DNA of 55,677 nucleotides from a virus (Duplodnaviria; Caudoviricetes): IMG/VR virus record IMGVR_UViG_3300004353_000017, positions 1 to 55,677 of that record; one strand, 5' to 3'. Shown piece by piece: positions 47,814 to 55,677 of this stretch (position 1 is its first letter; each line of letters starts with the position of its first letter). The notes under the pieces were generated by a model. It saw only the letters and a program-made list of their open reading frames with translations, ran no database searches and was not told where the DNA came from. The position numbers and the translations under genes were made by a program.

Positions 47814-48101
47814 TTATTCATTAATTATTAAAAAGAATTCTTTGTATTTGCCTTCCTTGTATTCCGACTGAACAGGAACATTCCAGATGTCTTTGAGATC
47901 TTTAATTCGCCTGCGTAAATCACCAACTTTGTAATTCAACAATGCTTTTGTAGTTGTCAAGCGTTCGCCTCTTAAAAGTGCTTCATAAACGATTCTGCAT
48001 TGATTGGAAAATTTTTCTTTGTTCCGTTCAAAATGTTCCTGGTTACTGATCTTATTTTCGATGTGAAATAGATCATTAAATTTGATTTCTTGCTGGTTCA
48101 T
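47814..48101 (-). CDS. Helix-turn-helix protein
   Basis: LL.GERLT...AL......L.RRI.DL pattern. Confidence 0.65.
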   Translation of the reverse strand: MNQQEIKFNDLFHIENKISNQEHFERNKEKFSNQCRIVYEALLRGERLTTTKALLNYKVGDLRRRIKDLKDIWNVPVQSEYKEGKYKEFFLIINE

Positions 48102-48538
48102 AAATAGTGCTCATTATTTTTTACCTGAATTTCTATCTCTCTGAGGTAAACAATGTCTTTAGGTTCCGGAAGATAGATTCCTGCATGTTTACTCGAATAA
48201 TCTCTAAATCGATCAATTGCCATTGTCAATTCATCTTTAGTAATGTTCGCCAAGCTTTTATATTCAGTACGAACTTCCGAAGTAATCCTGTTCACAAATT
48301 CATATTCGAAAATCGCAGGGTTCACAAGTTTTTTAAAGTACTCTAGCTTTATATATTCTAATTGTTCGCCATATTCTAAAGCAAACCAAGACATGATTAA
48401 ATGAGCATACTTAAGTTGCGGATAGGTTTTCGGAACTTTCTTTGCCGATAATTCAAACACTTTATTATGCTCTACAAAGTATTTAAGCTTTTCGGCAGCT
48501 CTTTGAACATCTATCGGTTTTGCTGGATTGTAGAGCAT
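48098..48538 (-). CDS. NinB/Orf-like recombination accessory protein
   Basis: T..Q..Y.H, E..K..FK, S.A.....E....ID......GI.LP.P pattern. Confidence 0.55.
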   Translation of the reverse strand: MLYNPAKPIDVQRAAEKLKYFVEHNKVFELSAKKVPKTYPQLKYAHLIMSWFALEYGEQLEYIKLEYFKKLVNPAIFEYEFVNRITSEVRTEYKSLANITKDELTMAIDRFRDYSSKHAGIYLPEPKDIVYLREIEIQVKNNEHYL

Positions 48539-48550
48539 AATTAATTAGTT

Positions 48551-49294
48551 TTAAAATGGTGTTTTATGAAAATCAATATGCAATCCATTAACAGCTGCTG
48601 TTACATTTTTTCCTGTCAGGTCATAAACTTCCTTCACAAACTGTTTTTCATTTGAGTTACTATCTGACAAGTGAATCAAAACAATATTATTGACAGCCGT
48701 TAAATCATTTGCTTTTAACATGTCCTTGCAATTATCTAATGAAAAGTGAGATCTTAAAATTCTATTTCTCAAAAACTCTTTTCCACTGTCAGCGCCGAAC
48801 TTTCGATCAATAATTTCTTTTGAGAAATTAGCCTCGATAATGATGTTGTTCAGACCCGGAAAAGTATACTTGCAATAATTTGTGTCAGTAAGAAAAAGTG
48901 TCTTTCCGCAATCCGGATGATCAATTAAAAATCCTAACGGTTCAGCGGCGTCATGTTGAATATCAAAAGCCATGATTTTAAAATTTCCAATTCTGAAATT
49001 TTGTTTTGATACAATTTCATTCTGCTTATGGCTTTTAATCGAAGTGCCAGTTTTAGCGAACGTGCCATTGGAAGCATAGACATCTATTCCCAATTTCATC
49101 ACATCATTAATTGATTTCGCGTGATCATTGTGTTCATGAGTAACCAGACATCCAACAACTTTTGAAAAATCAAAATTCAAAGCTTTTTTGATATCCATGA
49201 TGTTGACACCACACTCAATAAGCAACGCTTCATTCCCGTTGTCGAGAATGTAAGCGTTACCAATACTACCTGTCGAGATAACTTTTAATTTCAT
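48551..49294 (-). CDS. MBL-fold metallo-hydrolase (YycJ-like)
   Basis: GS.GN.Y, THEHNDH, HDA.EP.GF, F.TDT, H.S..N. Confidence 0.92.
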   Translation of the reverse strand: MKLKVISTGSIGNAYILDNGNEALLIECGVNIMDIKKALNFDFSKVVGCLVTHEHNDHAKSINDVMKLGIDVYASNGTFAKTGTSIKSHKQNEIVSKQNFRIGNFKIMAFDIQHDAAEPLGFLIDHPDCGKTLFLTDTNYCKYTFPGLNNIIIEANFSKEIIDRKFGADSGKEFLRNRILRSHFSLDNCKDMLKANDLTAVNNIVLIHLSDSNSNEKQFVKEVYDLTGKNVTAAVNGLHIDFHKTPF

Positions 49295-50343
49295 TAAAAA
49301 TTAGGTTGATTACCTGCATCATCTAAACTCATAGTTTGCTGAGAGTTTTGCTCTGGAGAAGCGTTCTCACTTGTGACTACCGATATTTCTAAAACCTTAT
49401 CGTCAACAAGTTCAGCATCGTCAAATTCTAATGATTCAGAATTCGCATTTGCATCAATCTGATTCTGGATTATAGAATCATTCATTTCATTTTCTTTCTG
49501 CAGAATTGCCAAATAGTTATCATCAATCTTTTTACTGTCAATTGTGATAGCATTGTAAGCATTTCTCGAAATTGTTTTAATGGCCATTTCTTCAAACCAT
49601 CCTTCAACTTCTTCTGTTCCGGCTTTTTGTCCATTTTTCCAAACATCCTTTTTCCCACCCCAAAACTCGGCAGATGCGTATTTTGGTTTTCTCTTTTCAA
49701 TGTCTTTTAAAGAGAACACCTTGATTTTATTTTTCTCAGGACTATCTTTAAATTCATGGTACCAGAATCCGCCAACAACAGTTCCTCGATCAAAATCGTT
49801 TGTTATTTCTAAAGTGTACGTCTCAACAGGATTGTTTAGATCTTTCTTATATTGCTTAAACTTATCAGTTGAGTAAACTAATTCGCAAACAACATCAGTT
49901 GGAACTTCTAATCCGTATTTTTTAGCTTTGATTTCCATACCACGATAACCAATCAAAAATCCCATATCAAACTTATTGTTTGCAGTGTTTTTATATGGGA
50001 CAATGCTAATATGATTTGGCTGTGTAGGATCCAATTCAACACTTGAATAAGCGATAACATCAACGGCAAGCTTTGCCATATTAACATTTTCCCAAGTGAA
50101 CGGTAAAATATCACGACTGTGTTCCGGCTTAGCTAATCTCTTTTTCTCATTGTCTTTTAAAGTTTGATCAACTTTTATGAAGTAGTTTTGACAGAGTTTC
50201 TTTTGAAATGGTGTCAGCGTAACAGCTCCGTTGTTTGAGGAAAACTCTTTTAAAACTGCATTTGTAAATCTTTCACTTTGGGACGGTTGCACATTTGCAA
50301 CGTTTGCATTGGTAGTTTGTGCAGGGGTGTTTTCTGTGTTCAT
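49294..50343 (-). CDS. recT: RecT-family single-strand annealing protein
   Basis: L.P, IVPY, F.IGY.G, ELVY..D.F, W...W.EEMA.KT motifs. Confidence 0.85.
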   Translation of the reverse strand: MNTENTPAQTTNANVANVQPSQSERFTNAVLKEFSSNNGAVTLTPFQKKLCQNYFIKVDQTLKDNEKKRLAKPEHSRDILPFTWENVNMAKLAVDVIAYSSVELDPTQPNHISIVPYKNTANNKFDMGFLIGYRGMEIKAKKYGLEVPTDVVCELVYSTDKFKQYKKDLNNPVETYTLEITNDFDRGTVVGGFWYHEFKDSPEKNKIKVFSLKDIEKRKPKYASAEFWGGKKDVWKNGQKAGTEEVEGWFEEMAIKTISRNAYNAITIDSKKIDDNYLAILQKENEMNDSIIQNQIDANANSESLEFDDAELVDDKVLEISVVTSENASPEQNSQQTMSLDDAGNQPNF

Positions 50344-50552
50344 TATATTTCTATTAATAGTTGATTACTTTGGATTTTGGAACACTTTACGAACCTTAAT
50401 TCGAAAGCTTCCGTTTGAATTTCTTTTGCGGTGTTTTGGTTGTGCGGACAATTGGCCGTACAGTCAAAACTTCCTATTTTAACTCCGACATTTTCTTTGC
50501 AATTTTCTATAAGATTTCCGTCGGAGTCTCTTTTGACTTTTACGCCAGTCAT
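50343..50552 (-). CDS. Small Cys-rich hypothetical protein
   Basis: KIGS..C...C.H; coupled on both sides. Confidence 0.6.
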   Translation of the reverse strand: MTGVKVKRDSDGNLIENCKENVGVKIGSFDCTANCPHNQNTAKEIQTEAFELRFVKCSKIQSNQLLIEI

Positions 50553-52558
50553 TATGCAACACGTAAAGTTTCGTCTTGCTCACTAACAACCAGCCTGATT
50601 AATTGGCTATTGGTGCTTAAAATAGAGTGTATAGATTCTGCTCCATCAATGAAGATTGGAGCTGACACTTGGTAGAACTGGCAAAGAGTTGAGATAATAT
50701 CAATACCGGCATTAATCTTAGATGCTGTATTTGCGTCAGAGAAAGGAACACCGTTTACCATGATTTCACATGCAGGAGATTCTCCTCCGTTAACTTGATC
50801 CTCAAACATTTTGAATTTTACAATTCTGAATTTTGAATTGACATTGTTTTCAATTGCTGACATTTTATCTTTTTCAAAACGCTCAATCAAGAATTGAGTT
50901 TTTTCAACTCCGGCGATCTCCTGAGCCAATCTTGTTTCCTCATCAGTAAGTTGTTTGATTCTTTCGTCAACAGCTAATATTTGAGCCTCGTTTCTTAATT
51001 TGACTTTGATTGCTTCAATTTCTTCAGACAATGTTTTTTTATCTGCTTTGAGCTGTTCATCGTCAACTTTTGGCTCTTCTTTAATAGTTGCTTCAACTTT
51101 TAGAAGTTCGGCCTTCTTAGCATTATAATCAGCGTTTGCAAGAAGAAGTTGGCTGTAAACTGTTTCGATATCAACTGGTGCAGCATTATTAGTTTTAGCT
51201 TTTTCTTTTAAAACATCTGCAGAAATTACTGATAAGTCGGATTGTAAATTAATAATCAAAGTTTCCCCGCTTTGAATACGCTCCTTTAAAGTTTTAAGCT
51301 CAGTTTCTAAGTTTTCTTTTTGAGTTTTTAATAAACCACCTTGTCGATTAATTTCACTTAAATTTGCAGCTTTTTTAGTTTTAAAATTGGTTGACAGTTC
51401 AGTCTTTTTGACTTCGACGTCGGACTCTTCAAATGCACGTTGACATGTTGGGCAACAAAAAGAATCCTGATCAAAAGTCAGTTCTTTTGCATTTTCAGCG
51501 GCCCATTCTTCGCGCTTAGCTTGCATTTGACCGTCTATCGATTTGATATCAGAATCTTTTCCTTCGGCCAATCCTTTCAAAGTTTTTAAACCGTTTTCAG
51601 CAGTGGTAAGTTCGTCTTGTTTATTTTTTAGATTAGTATTTAAACTATCTAAAACAGTGGAATCTACTTTTCCAGAATTGTTAGCTTTATTTCTGGTTTC
51701 AGTTTCGATATTAGATATTTCAGATCTTAAATTGGATGCTTTTCGTTTTGCATCTTCATTGCTTTTTAAAATAGAATCGAGTCCCGCAGATTTGTTTAGG
51801 ATTGCTTCGTCAATAGCCACAACTTGTGATTCCTTGGCACCAAGCAGATTTTTAAGATTCTGAAAGTCGAAAGCCTCCGGTTTCGTTTTTGAAACTTCAT
51901 CAATTCTAGTTGGAATTGCTTTGAGATCATCTTTAGATTTTTTAACACTCGCTTTAATCTGGCTGAGATATTCAGCCATCGTTTTATCTTGTGTCAGGTT
52001 TGCTAATAAAGCTTGATATTCCGGATTACCTTCCGCTATCTGAGCATCGGTAAATTCACCAGCTATTTGAGTAATTATGCTTCGGCGTTCTGGCCACTTC
52101 ATGGAGTTAAGCGCGAAAGGGTTTGTAATCAGTTTGAAAATTGTTTCATCCATAATTCCGCTAACTTTGGCTTGAAAATCTCTTTGGTTCATTGGAACTT
52201 CATTCCAGTAGTATAAAGTTTCGTTACCAGTATATTCGGCAGTTTCTTCTCCTCTTTTCTTTGACCATTTTTCCTTGTAGATCTTCTTAAGCGAAATTTG
52301 ATCGCCGTTTACTTCAAAGAAACCTTCAACTTCGTGATCTTGTCGATTCAAAGAAGTATCAACTGTATTTTTAATACTGAAGTCTTTTTTCTCCTCAGCA
52401 TTTTTGCCGAAAAGCAGCCAAAGAAAAGCATCATAAATTGTAGACTTTCCGGTACCATTTGCACCAAAAACATCTGTGTTGTGCTGGAATGACAGCGATA
52501 ATTTTAAAATTCCTTTAAAGTTTGTAAGGTTTAAACCTTTGATTTCTATATTTTTCAT
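50552..52558 (-). CDS. SbcC/Rad50-like coiled-coil ABC-ATPase
   Basis: NFKG, GANGTGKST, long coiled coil with CPTC hook, IFIDGAES Walker B. Confidence 0.88.
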   Translation of the reverse strand: MKNIEIKGLNLTNFKGILKLSLSFQHNTDVFGANGTGKSTIYDAFLWLLFGKNAEEKKDFSIKNTVDTSLNRQDHEVEGFFEVNGDQISLKKIYKEKWSKKRGEETAEYTGNETLYYWNEVPMNQRDFQAKVSGIMDETIFKLITNPFALNSMKWPERRSIITQIAGEFTDAQIAEGNPEYQALLANLTQDKTMAEYLSQIKASVKKSKDDLKAIPTRIDEVSKTKPEAFDFQNLKNLLGAKESQVVAIDEAILNKSAGLDSILKSNEDAKRKASNLRSEISNIETETRNKANNSGKVDSTVLDSLNTNLKNKQDELTTAENGLKTLKGLAEGKDSDIKSIDGQMQAKREEWAAENAKELTFDQDSFCCPTCQRAFEESDVEVKKTELSTNFKTKKAANLSEINRQGGLLKTQKENLETELKTLKERIQSGETLIINLQSDLSVISADVLKEKAKTNNAAPVDIETVYSQLLLANADYNAKKAELLKVEATIKEEPKVDDEQLKADKKTLSEEIEAIKVKLRNEAQILAVDERIKQLTDEETRLAQEIAGVEKTQFLIERFEKDKMSAIENNVNSKFRIVKFKMFEDQVNGGESPACEIMVNGVPFSDANTASKINAGIDIISTLCQFYQVSAPIFIDGAESIHSILSTNSQLIRLVVSEQDETLRVA

Positions 52559-52579
52559 TTTGTTAGAATTTGAATTAGA

Positions 52580-52705
52580 TTAAATATTGTTACAGACAAT
52601 GGACCAGGTAAAAGCACCTATCACGAATCCAATTGTAAAAGCGATTACGAACGCAATCATAAATAGATTAAACATTCTCATAGATCTTTCTGTGTCAAAG
52701 TCCAT
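52580..52705 (-). CDS. Unannotated 41 aa membrane peptide
   Basis: MDFDTERSMRMFNLFMIAFVIAFTIGFVIGAFTWSIVCNNI. Confidence 0.5.
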   Translation of the reverse strand: MDFDTERSMRMFNLFMIAFVIAFTIGFVIGAFTWSIVCNNI

Positions 52706-52708
52706 AGC

Positions 52709-53032
52709 TTAGCAATTAAAAGGTGGATAATCGTGATTTTGATGATCTTCAAACATTTCATCAAATTGTGGAACTTGGAATTTCCAAGCCAGAGCAAGTA
52801 TTTCTTCTGATTCTTCTGCATCTGAAATAGAATCTGCAAATGCTTTTTTCAAACACTTGCCTAAAAGGAGTTTTGTTTTGTCATTCGACAACTTAGTTTT
52901 TTCGAATTTTTGTACTAAATTTGCTCTCATAGTAAATAGAATTAGGATTTGGACGTCCAATTTGTTTATTAAATTATCATCACTTGTAGAGATTAGATCG
53001 GGGGATTCAATCTCTTTGATTAGTAAAGCCAC
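52709..53032 (-). CDS. Hypothetical protein
   Basis: 107 aa early-operon ORF. Confidence 0.55.
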   Translation of the reverse strand: MALLIKEIESPDLISTSDDNLINKLDVQILILFTMRANLVQKFEKTKLSNDKTKLLLGKCLKKAFADSISDAEESEEILALAWKFQVPQFDEMFEDHQNHDYPPFNC

Positions 53033-53046
53033 TGTCGATAGTGGCT

Positions 53047-53277
53047 TTACTTTTTAAGGTAATCAGGTTTTGTTCCCCGCTTACCGCTTGCTATTAAGTC
53101 TTTGTATTTATTGACTTTTTGACTTCTTGTTTCTTTCGGCAGTGATTTAGGAGCGTCAACTTTACTTTCGACACTCCCAACCATGCCCAGACTCTTGAAA
53201 ATTTCATTCGCCTGTTCTAAATGCCCCCGCAGACATTTGTATGTTTCCAATGGAATTGTAATCGTTTTTACTGCCAT
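53047..53277 (-). CDS. Hypothetical protein
   Basis: 76 aa early-operon ORF. Confidence 0.6.
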   Translation of the reverse strand: MAVKTITIPLETYKCLRGHLEQANEIFKSLGMVGSVESKVDAPKSLPKETRSQKVNKYKDLIASGKRGTKPDYLKK

Positions 53278-53384
53278 CTGTTTATTTTTTTAGAAATCCA
53301 GTTAATTAAGTTTATCAAGCCGAGAAGTAGAATAAGAGCGATAAAAAATAATATCACATCTTCTACTGAAAATAGCTTAGACAT
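53268..53384 (-). CDS. Unannotated 38 aa membrane peptide
   Basis: MSKLFSVEDVILFFIALILLLGLINLINWISKKINRWQ; overlaps both neighbours. Confidence 0.5.
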   Translation of the reverse strand: MSKLFSVEDVILFFIALILLLGLINLINWISKKINRWQ

Positions 53385-53622
53385 TGCTAAGCTCTTTTGG
53401 TTCATCAATTAGTTGTTCTTGTGGCTTTCGAAGATGCTCTGAAATCACATCTAAAACAAAAGGCAAACTGAATTTGGTTGACTTTCTGACAGCCAATAAG
53501 TACACAGATTGAACCTGAATACTTAATTGAGCTGCAATTTTTTCTCTTAAAGGAATATCATTCCGGATGATCGTATATATTTCGTCTTTAAGCTGCTTTT
53601 TCTTTGTAGTTGTTGTAGACAT
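53377..53622 (-). CDS. Cro-like HTH protein
   Basis: LREKIA..L.I...SV....R HTH-like pattern; divergent from the CI-like gene. Confidence 0.6.
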   Translation of the reverse strand: MSTTTTKKKQLKDEIYTIIRNDIPLREKIAAQLSIQVQSVYLLAVRKSTKFSLPFVLDVISEHLRKPQEQLIDEPKELSNV

Positions 53623-53642
53623 ATTTTTGAAGTTATATTTTG

Positions 53643-53924
53643 TTAATCCCCGCAGTATTTTCCAATTCCGTAATATCCGGCTGCAGCTGCATTATTTACC
53701 ACTAAATGATCTCTCCATGGATAAGTAATCGTTGTAATTGCCTGCCATTTCTTTTTAGCTTCCAGTTTCTTTTTTTGGAAACTTTTCGTTGAAGGAATCT
53801 TATTGTAAGCAATCACTAACATTTCTCTTTTTACTATTTTCCAAGCTTCAATTAACGCTTCAGAAAATGTCATTCGGAACTTTCTAAATAATTCCCATGC
53901 TTTTTTAAATATTGATGTTCTCAT
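53643..53924 (-). CDS. Hypothetical protein, first gene of the early operon
   Basis: IFKKAW.......FSEAL..AW motif. Confidence 0.65.
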   Translation of the reverse strand: MRTSIFKKAWELFRKFRMTFSEALIEAWKIVKREMLVIAYNKIPSTKSFQKKKLEAKKKWQAITTITYPWRDHLVVNNAAAAGYYGIGKYCGD

Positions 53925-54077
53925 AATTTGTCTTTTGAAATTCGTGCCGTTGTTGCTTCGATGCTACGACTTACTCGCAACGGCTTACCTATATTCGATT
54001 TTTATTCTTTCAGCTCATTCTCAAAAAGGTTTTCTTAAACCCACAGAGCTTATTTTTTCATTTTACGGTTTTCAGTA

Positions 54078-54211
54078 TTTCAAAGAACTTTTTTTCAGTA
54101 CATTTGTCATTGTCATTTGTACAGAGCAAACATACGAACATTTGTTCGTTTTTGAAAACATTTAGCGAACAATTTTTCATAATATGTTCCTATTTATACT
54201 AATTATAAATA
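54078..54211. promoter_or_regulatory. Lysis/lysogeny switch region
   Basis: Minus -7 TATGTTTG (54127-34), plus -7 TACATTTG (54099-106), operator ACGAACA-TT-TGTTCGT (54134-49), boxA-like GTTCTTTGAAA on minus strand (54078-88), Fur-box-like 54191-54211. Confidence 0.65.
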
Positions 54212-54217
54212 AAGTAA

Positions 54218-54925
54218 ATGGACTTTTATAGTAATATCCAAAGGATTAAAAAAGACAAAAAGCTTACAAACGCTGACTTTGGGGCTATTATAGGAATGTC
54301 AAGTGATGCATTTCGAATGGCAGTAAAAAGAGAAAGCTTATCCGAACTGGAAAAGAAAGAAATTGAAAATTATTTCGCTTCTGCACCGAACAAACCGAAA
54401 AAAATCGAGGTAGAATTATCGAATACAGATGATGAAATTGAAATTTTCGTAAATAAAAATGGAATAAAATTTTACGAATATCCAGATGGATCAACCAAAA
54501 TAGAAGTAATAAAAGTACCGTTTGAAGCATACGCTTCATACTTAGAAGCATATAACGACGAAGAAAAATTGCACTCAGAATTCAGTACCGCAACATTTAC
54601 AGTAGATAAAGTTGCAAAAGGAAATTATTTAGCATTTAATATAAAAAATAATAGCATGAACGGTGGTGGTATTAATGATACTCCCAGCGGTGCAGAAGTC
54701 TTAGCACGTGAAATTGGAAGACACTTGTGGTGTGACGGATTTCATAAAAATAAGTATGGCTTTATTCTAATGACCAAAAATGCTATTTATCATAAAGACA
54801 TTACGGATTGTAATAATGAAACTGGTATGCTAACACTCGCATCTAGAAATAAAAATGATGAACCGTTCGAAGTAAATTTGAATGACGTATATCGAATTTT
54901 TAATGTTATCAAAAGAACTTTTTAA
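54218..54925 (+). CDS. CI-like repressor (XRE HTH + S24 peptidase domain)
   Basis: N-terminal LT..DFG..IGMS HTH; C-terminal AF.I.NNSM (Ser) and YHK (Lys), L.L.S.N. Confidence 0.85.
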   Translation: MDFYSNIQRIKKDKKLTNADFGAIIGMSSDAFRMAVKRESLSELEKKEIENYFASAPNKPKKIEVELSNTDDEIEIFVNKNGIKFYEYPDGSTKIEVIKVPFEAYASYLEAYNDEEKLHSEFSTATFTVDKVAKGNYLAFNIKNNSMNGGGINDTPSGAEVLAREIGRHLWCDGFHKNKYGFILMTKNAIYHKDITDCNNETGMLTLASRNKNDEPFEVNLNDVYRIFNVIKRTF

Positions 54926-54944
54926 ACACCTTAAAAAATTGCTC

Positions 54945-55463
54945 ATGAAAAAAACATTACTAGCATTAACATTTGTTTTCGCAAATGCTGCGTTCGCTCA
55001 AGAATGCAAATACAAACGAAATGAAGTTGATGAGTTTACCAAAAATAAAATACTTGAAACAAAAGAAGGTGTTTTTACCATCTCCGGAATGGGTCTCGGT
55101 TTTTCTACAGGGTTTGCTCTAATGAAAGTTAACAATGATCGATTTTTAAAATTAAACGTAACATCACCTTCAATTTTTACACTTCAGAATGGTTCAGAAA
55201 TTATGTTTAAAGTTGAGGGGGCAGATCCAATTGTTTTAAATTTTCCAGAGTCAATTGTTGCAAATGGAGTCTATAACACAAGTATTAAATCAACACTCTG
55301 GAGTGGATCAATTGCTATACCTCTGAGTGAAGAAAACTACAAAAGATTTTTAAATGAAAAAATTAGTAAACTAAGAGTGCATACTGCCAATGGTTATGTC
55401 GATGATGACGTTAGTGAAAAACGAGACAAAAAATTTAAGGAACTTTTAAAATGTATTGAATAA
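54945..55463 (+). CDS. Secreted hypothetical protein
   Basis: Signal peptide MKKTLLALTFVFANAAFA-Q; VDEFT motif. Confidence 0.75.
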   Translation: MKKTLLALTFVFANAAFAQECKYKRNEVDEFTKNKILETKEGVFTISGMGLGFSTGFALMKVNNDRFLKLNVTSPSIFTLQNGSEIMFKVEGADPIVLNFPESIVANGVYNTSIKSTLWSGSIAIPLSEENYKRFLNEKISKLRVHTANGYVDDDVSEKRDKKFKELLKCIE

Positions 55464-55464
55464 T

Positions 55465-55677
55465 ATGAAGAAATTTTACTTAGTGCTTCTTGTAACAATA
55501 ATTGTTGGATGTTCATCAAATAATGACTGCAAATCAGAAAAAGAAGCTATCAATAAAAAATATGACGAACAAGTTCAGTACGTAAAAGATCATCCTGATC
55601 CTGATGGAATAAATTATAGACAGATTGAACTTCTTAATAATGAAAGAAATAAAAAGCTAGCTGAAGCTTGTGACTAA
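55465..55677 (+). CDS. Small lipoprotein
   Basis: MKKFYLVLLVTIIVG-C lipobox. Confidence 0.75.
   Translation: MKKFYLVLLVTIIVGCSSNNDCKSEKEAINKKYDEQVQYVKDHPDPDGINYRQIELLNNERNKKLAEACD

Larger units (their letters stand above)
636..55677. mobile_element. Temperate prophage (siphovirus-like) integrated at tRNA-Ser; right end (attR) lies outside the window
   Basis: Integrase next to the tRNA, then lysis, tail, head, packaging, replication and immunity modules; no second copy of the tRNA 3' end seen in the window. Confidence 0.95.

Noticed and set aside
53935-54165. 76 aa plus-strand ORF in the immunity region
   Set aside because: TTG start; overlaps promoters, operator and the early leader; no protein-like features

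Overview
A short stretch of host chromosome (acyl-CoA thioesterase gene, then tRNA-Ser(TGA)) is followed by a large, apparently near-complete temperate siphovirus-type prophage that runs off the right edge. The Bacteroidetes-type TAnnTTTG promoters and low GC suggest a Flavobacterium-like host. The order is: tyrosine integrase; lysis cassette (spanin-like, CHAP endolysin, holin); tail (beta-propeller fibre, tape measure, major tail); head (capsid E-type, decoration, scaffold, SPP1-like portal, PBSX-like TerL, TerS); a ~9 kb accessory region (26.5-35.5 kb); replication/recombination/methylation genes (beta clamp, two MTases, DnaC-like loader, initiator with iterons, SF2 helicase, RecT, SbcC-like ATPase); and a Cro/CI switch with downstream secreted and lipoprotein genes. 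The top candidate for an undescribed system is a translationally coupled operon in the accessory region: COMMD-like protein + WDxxGA protein + ART-fold-like protein (30176-32240). Other notable observations are a C5 methyltransferase split over two overlapping frames, Fur-box-like palindromes at identical spacing in two late promoters, a second repeated operator at the packaging promoters, an Acr/Aca-like mini-operon and a captured, frameshifted DUF3109 host-gene fragment. All family calls come from motif recognition by eye; no searches were run.
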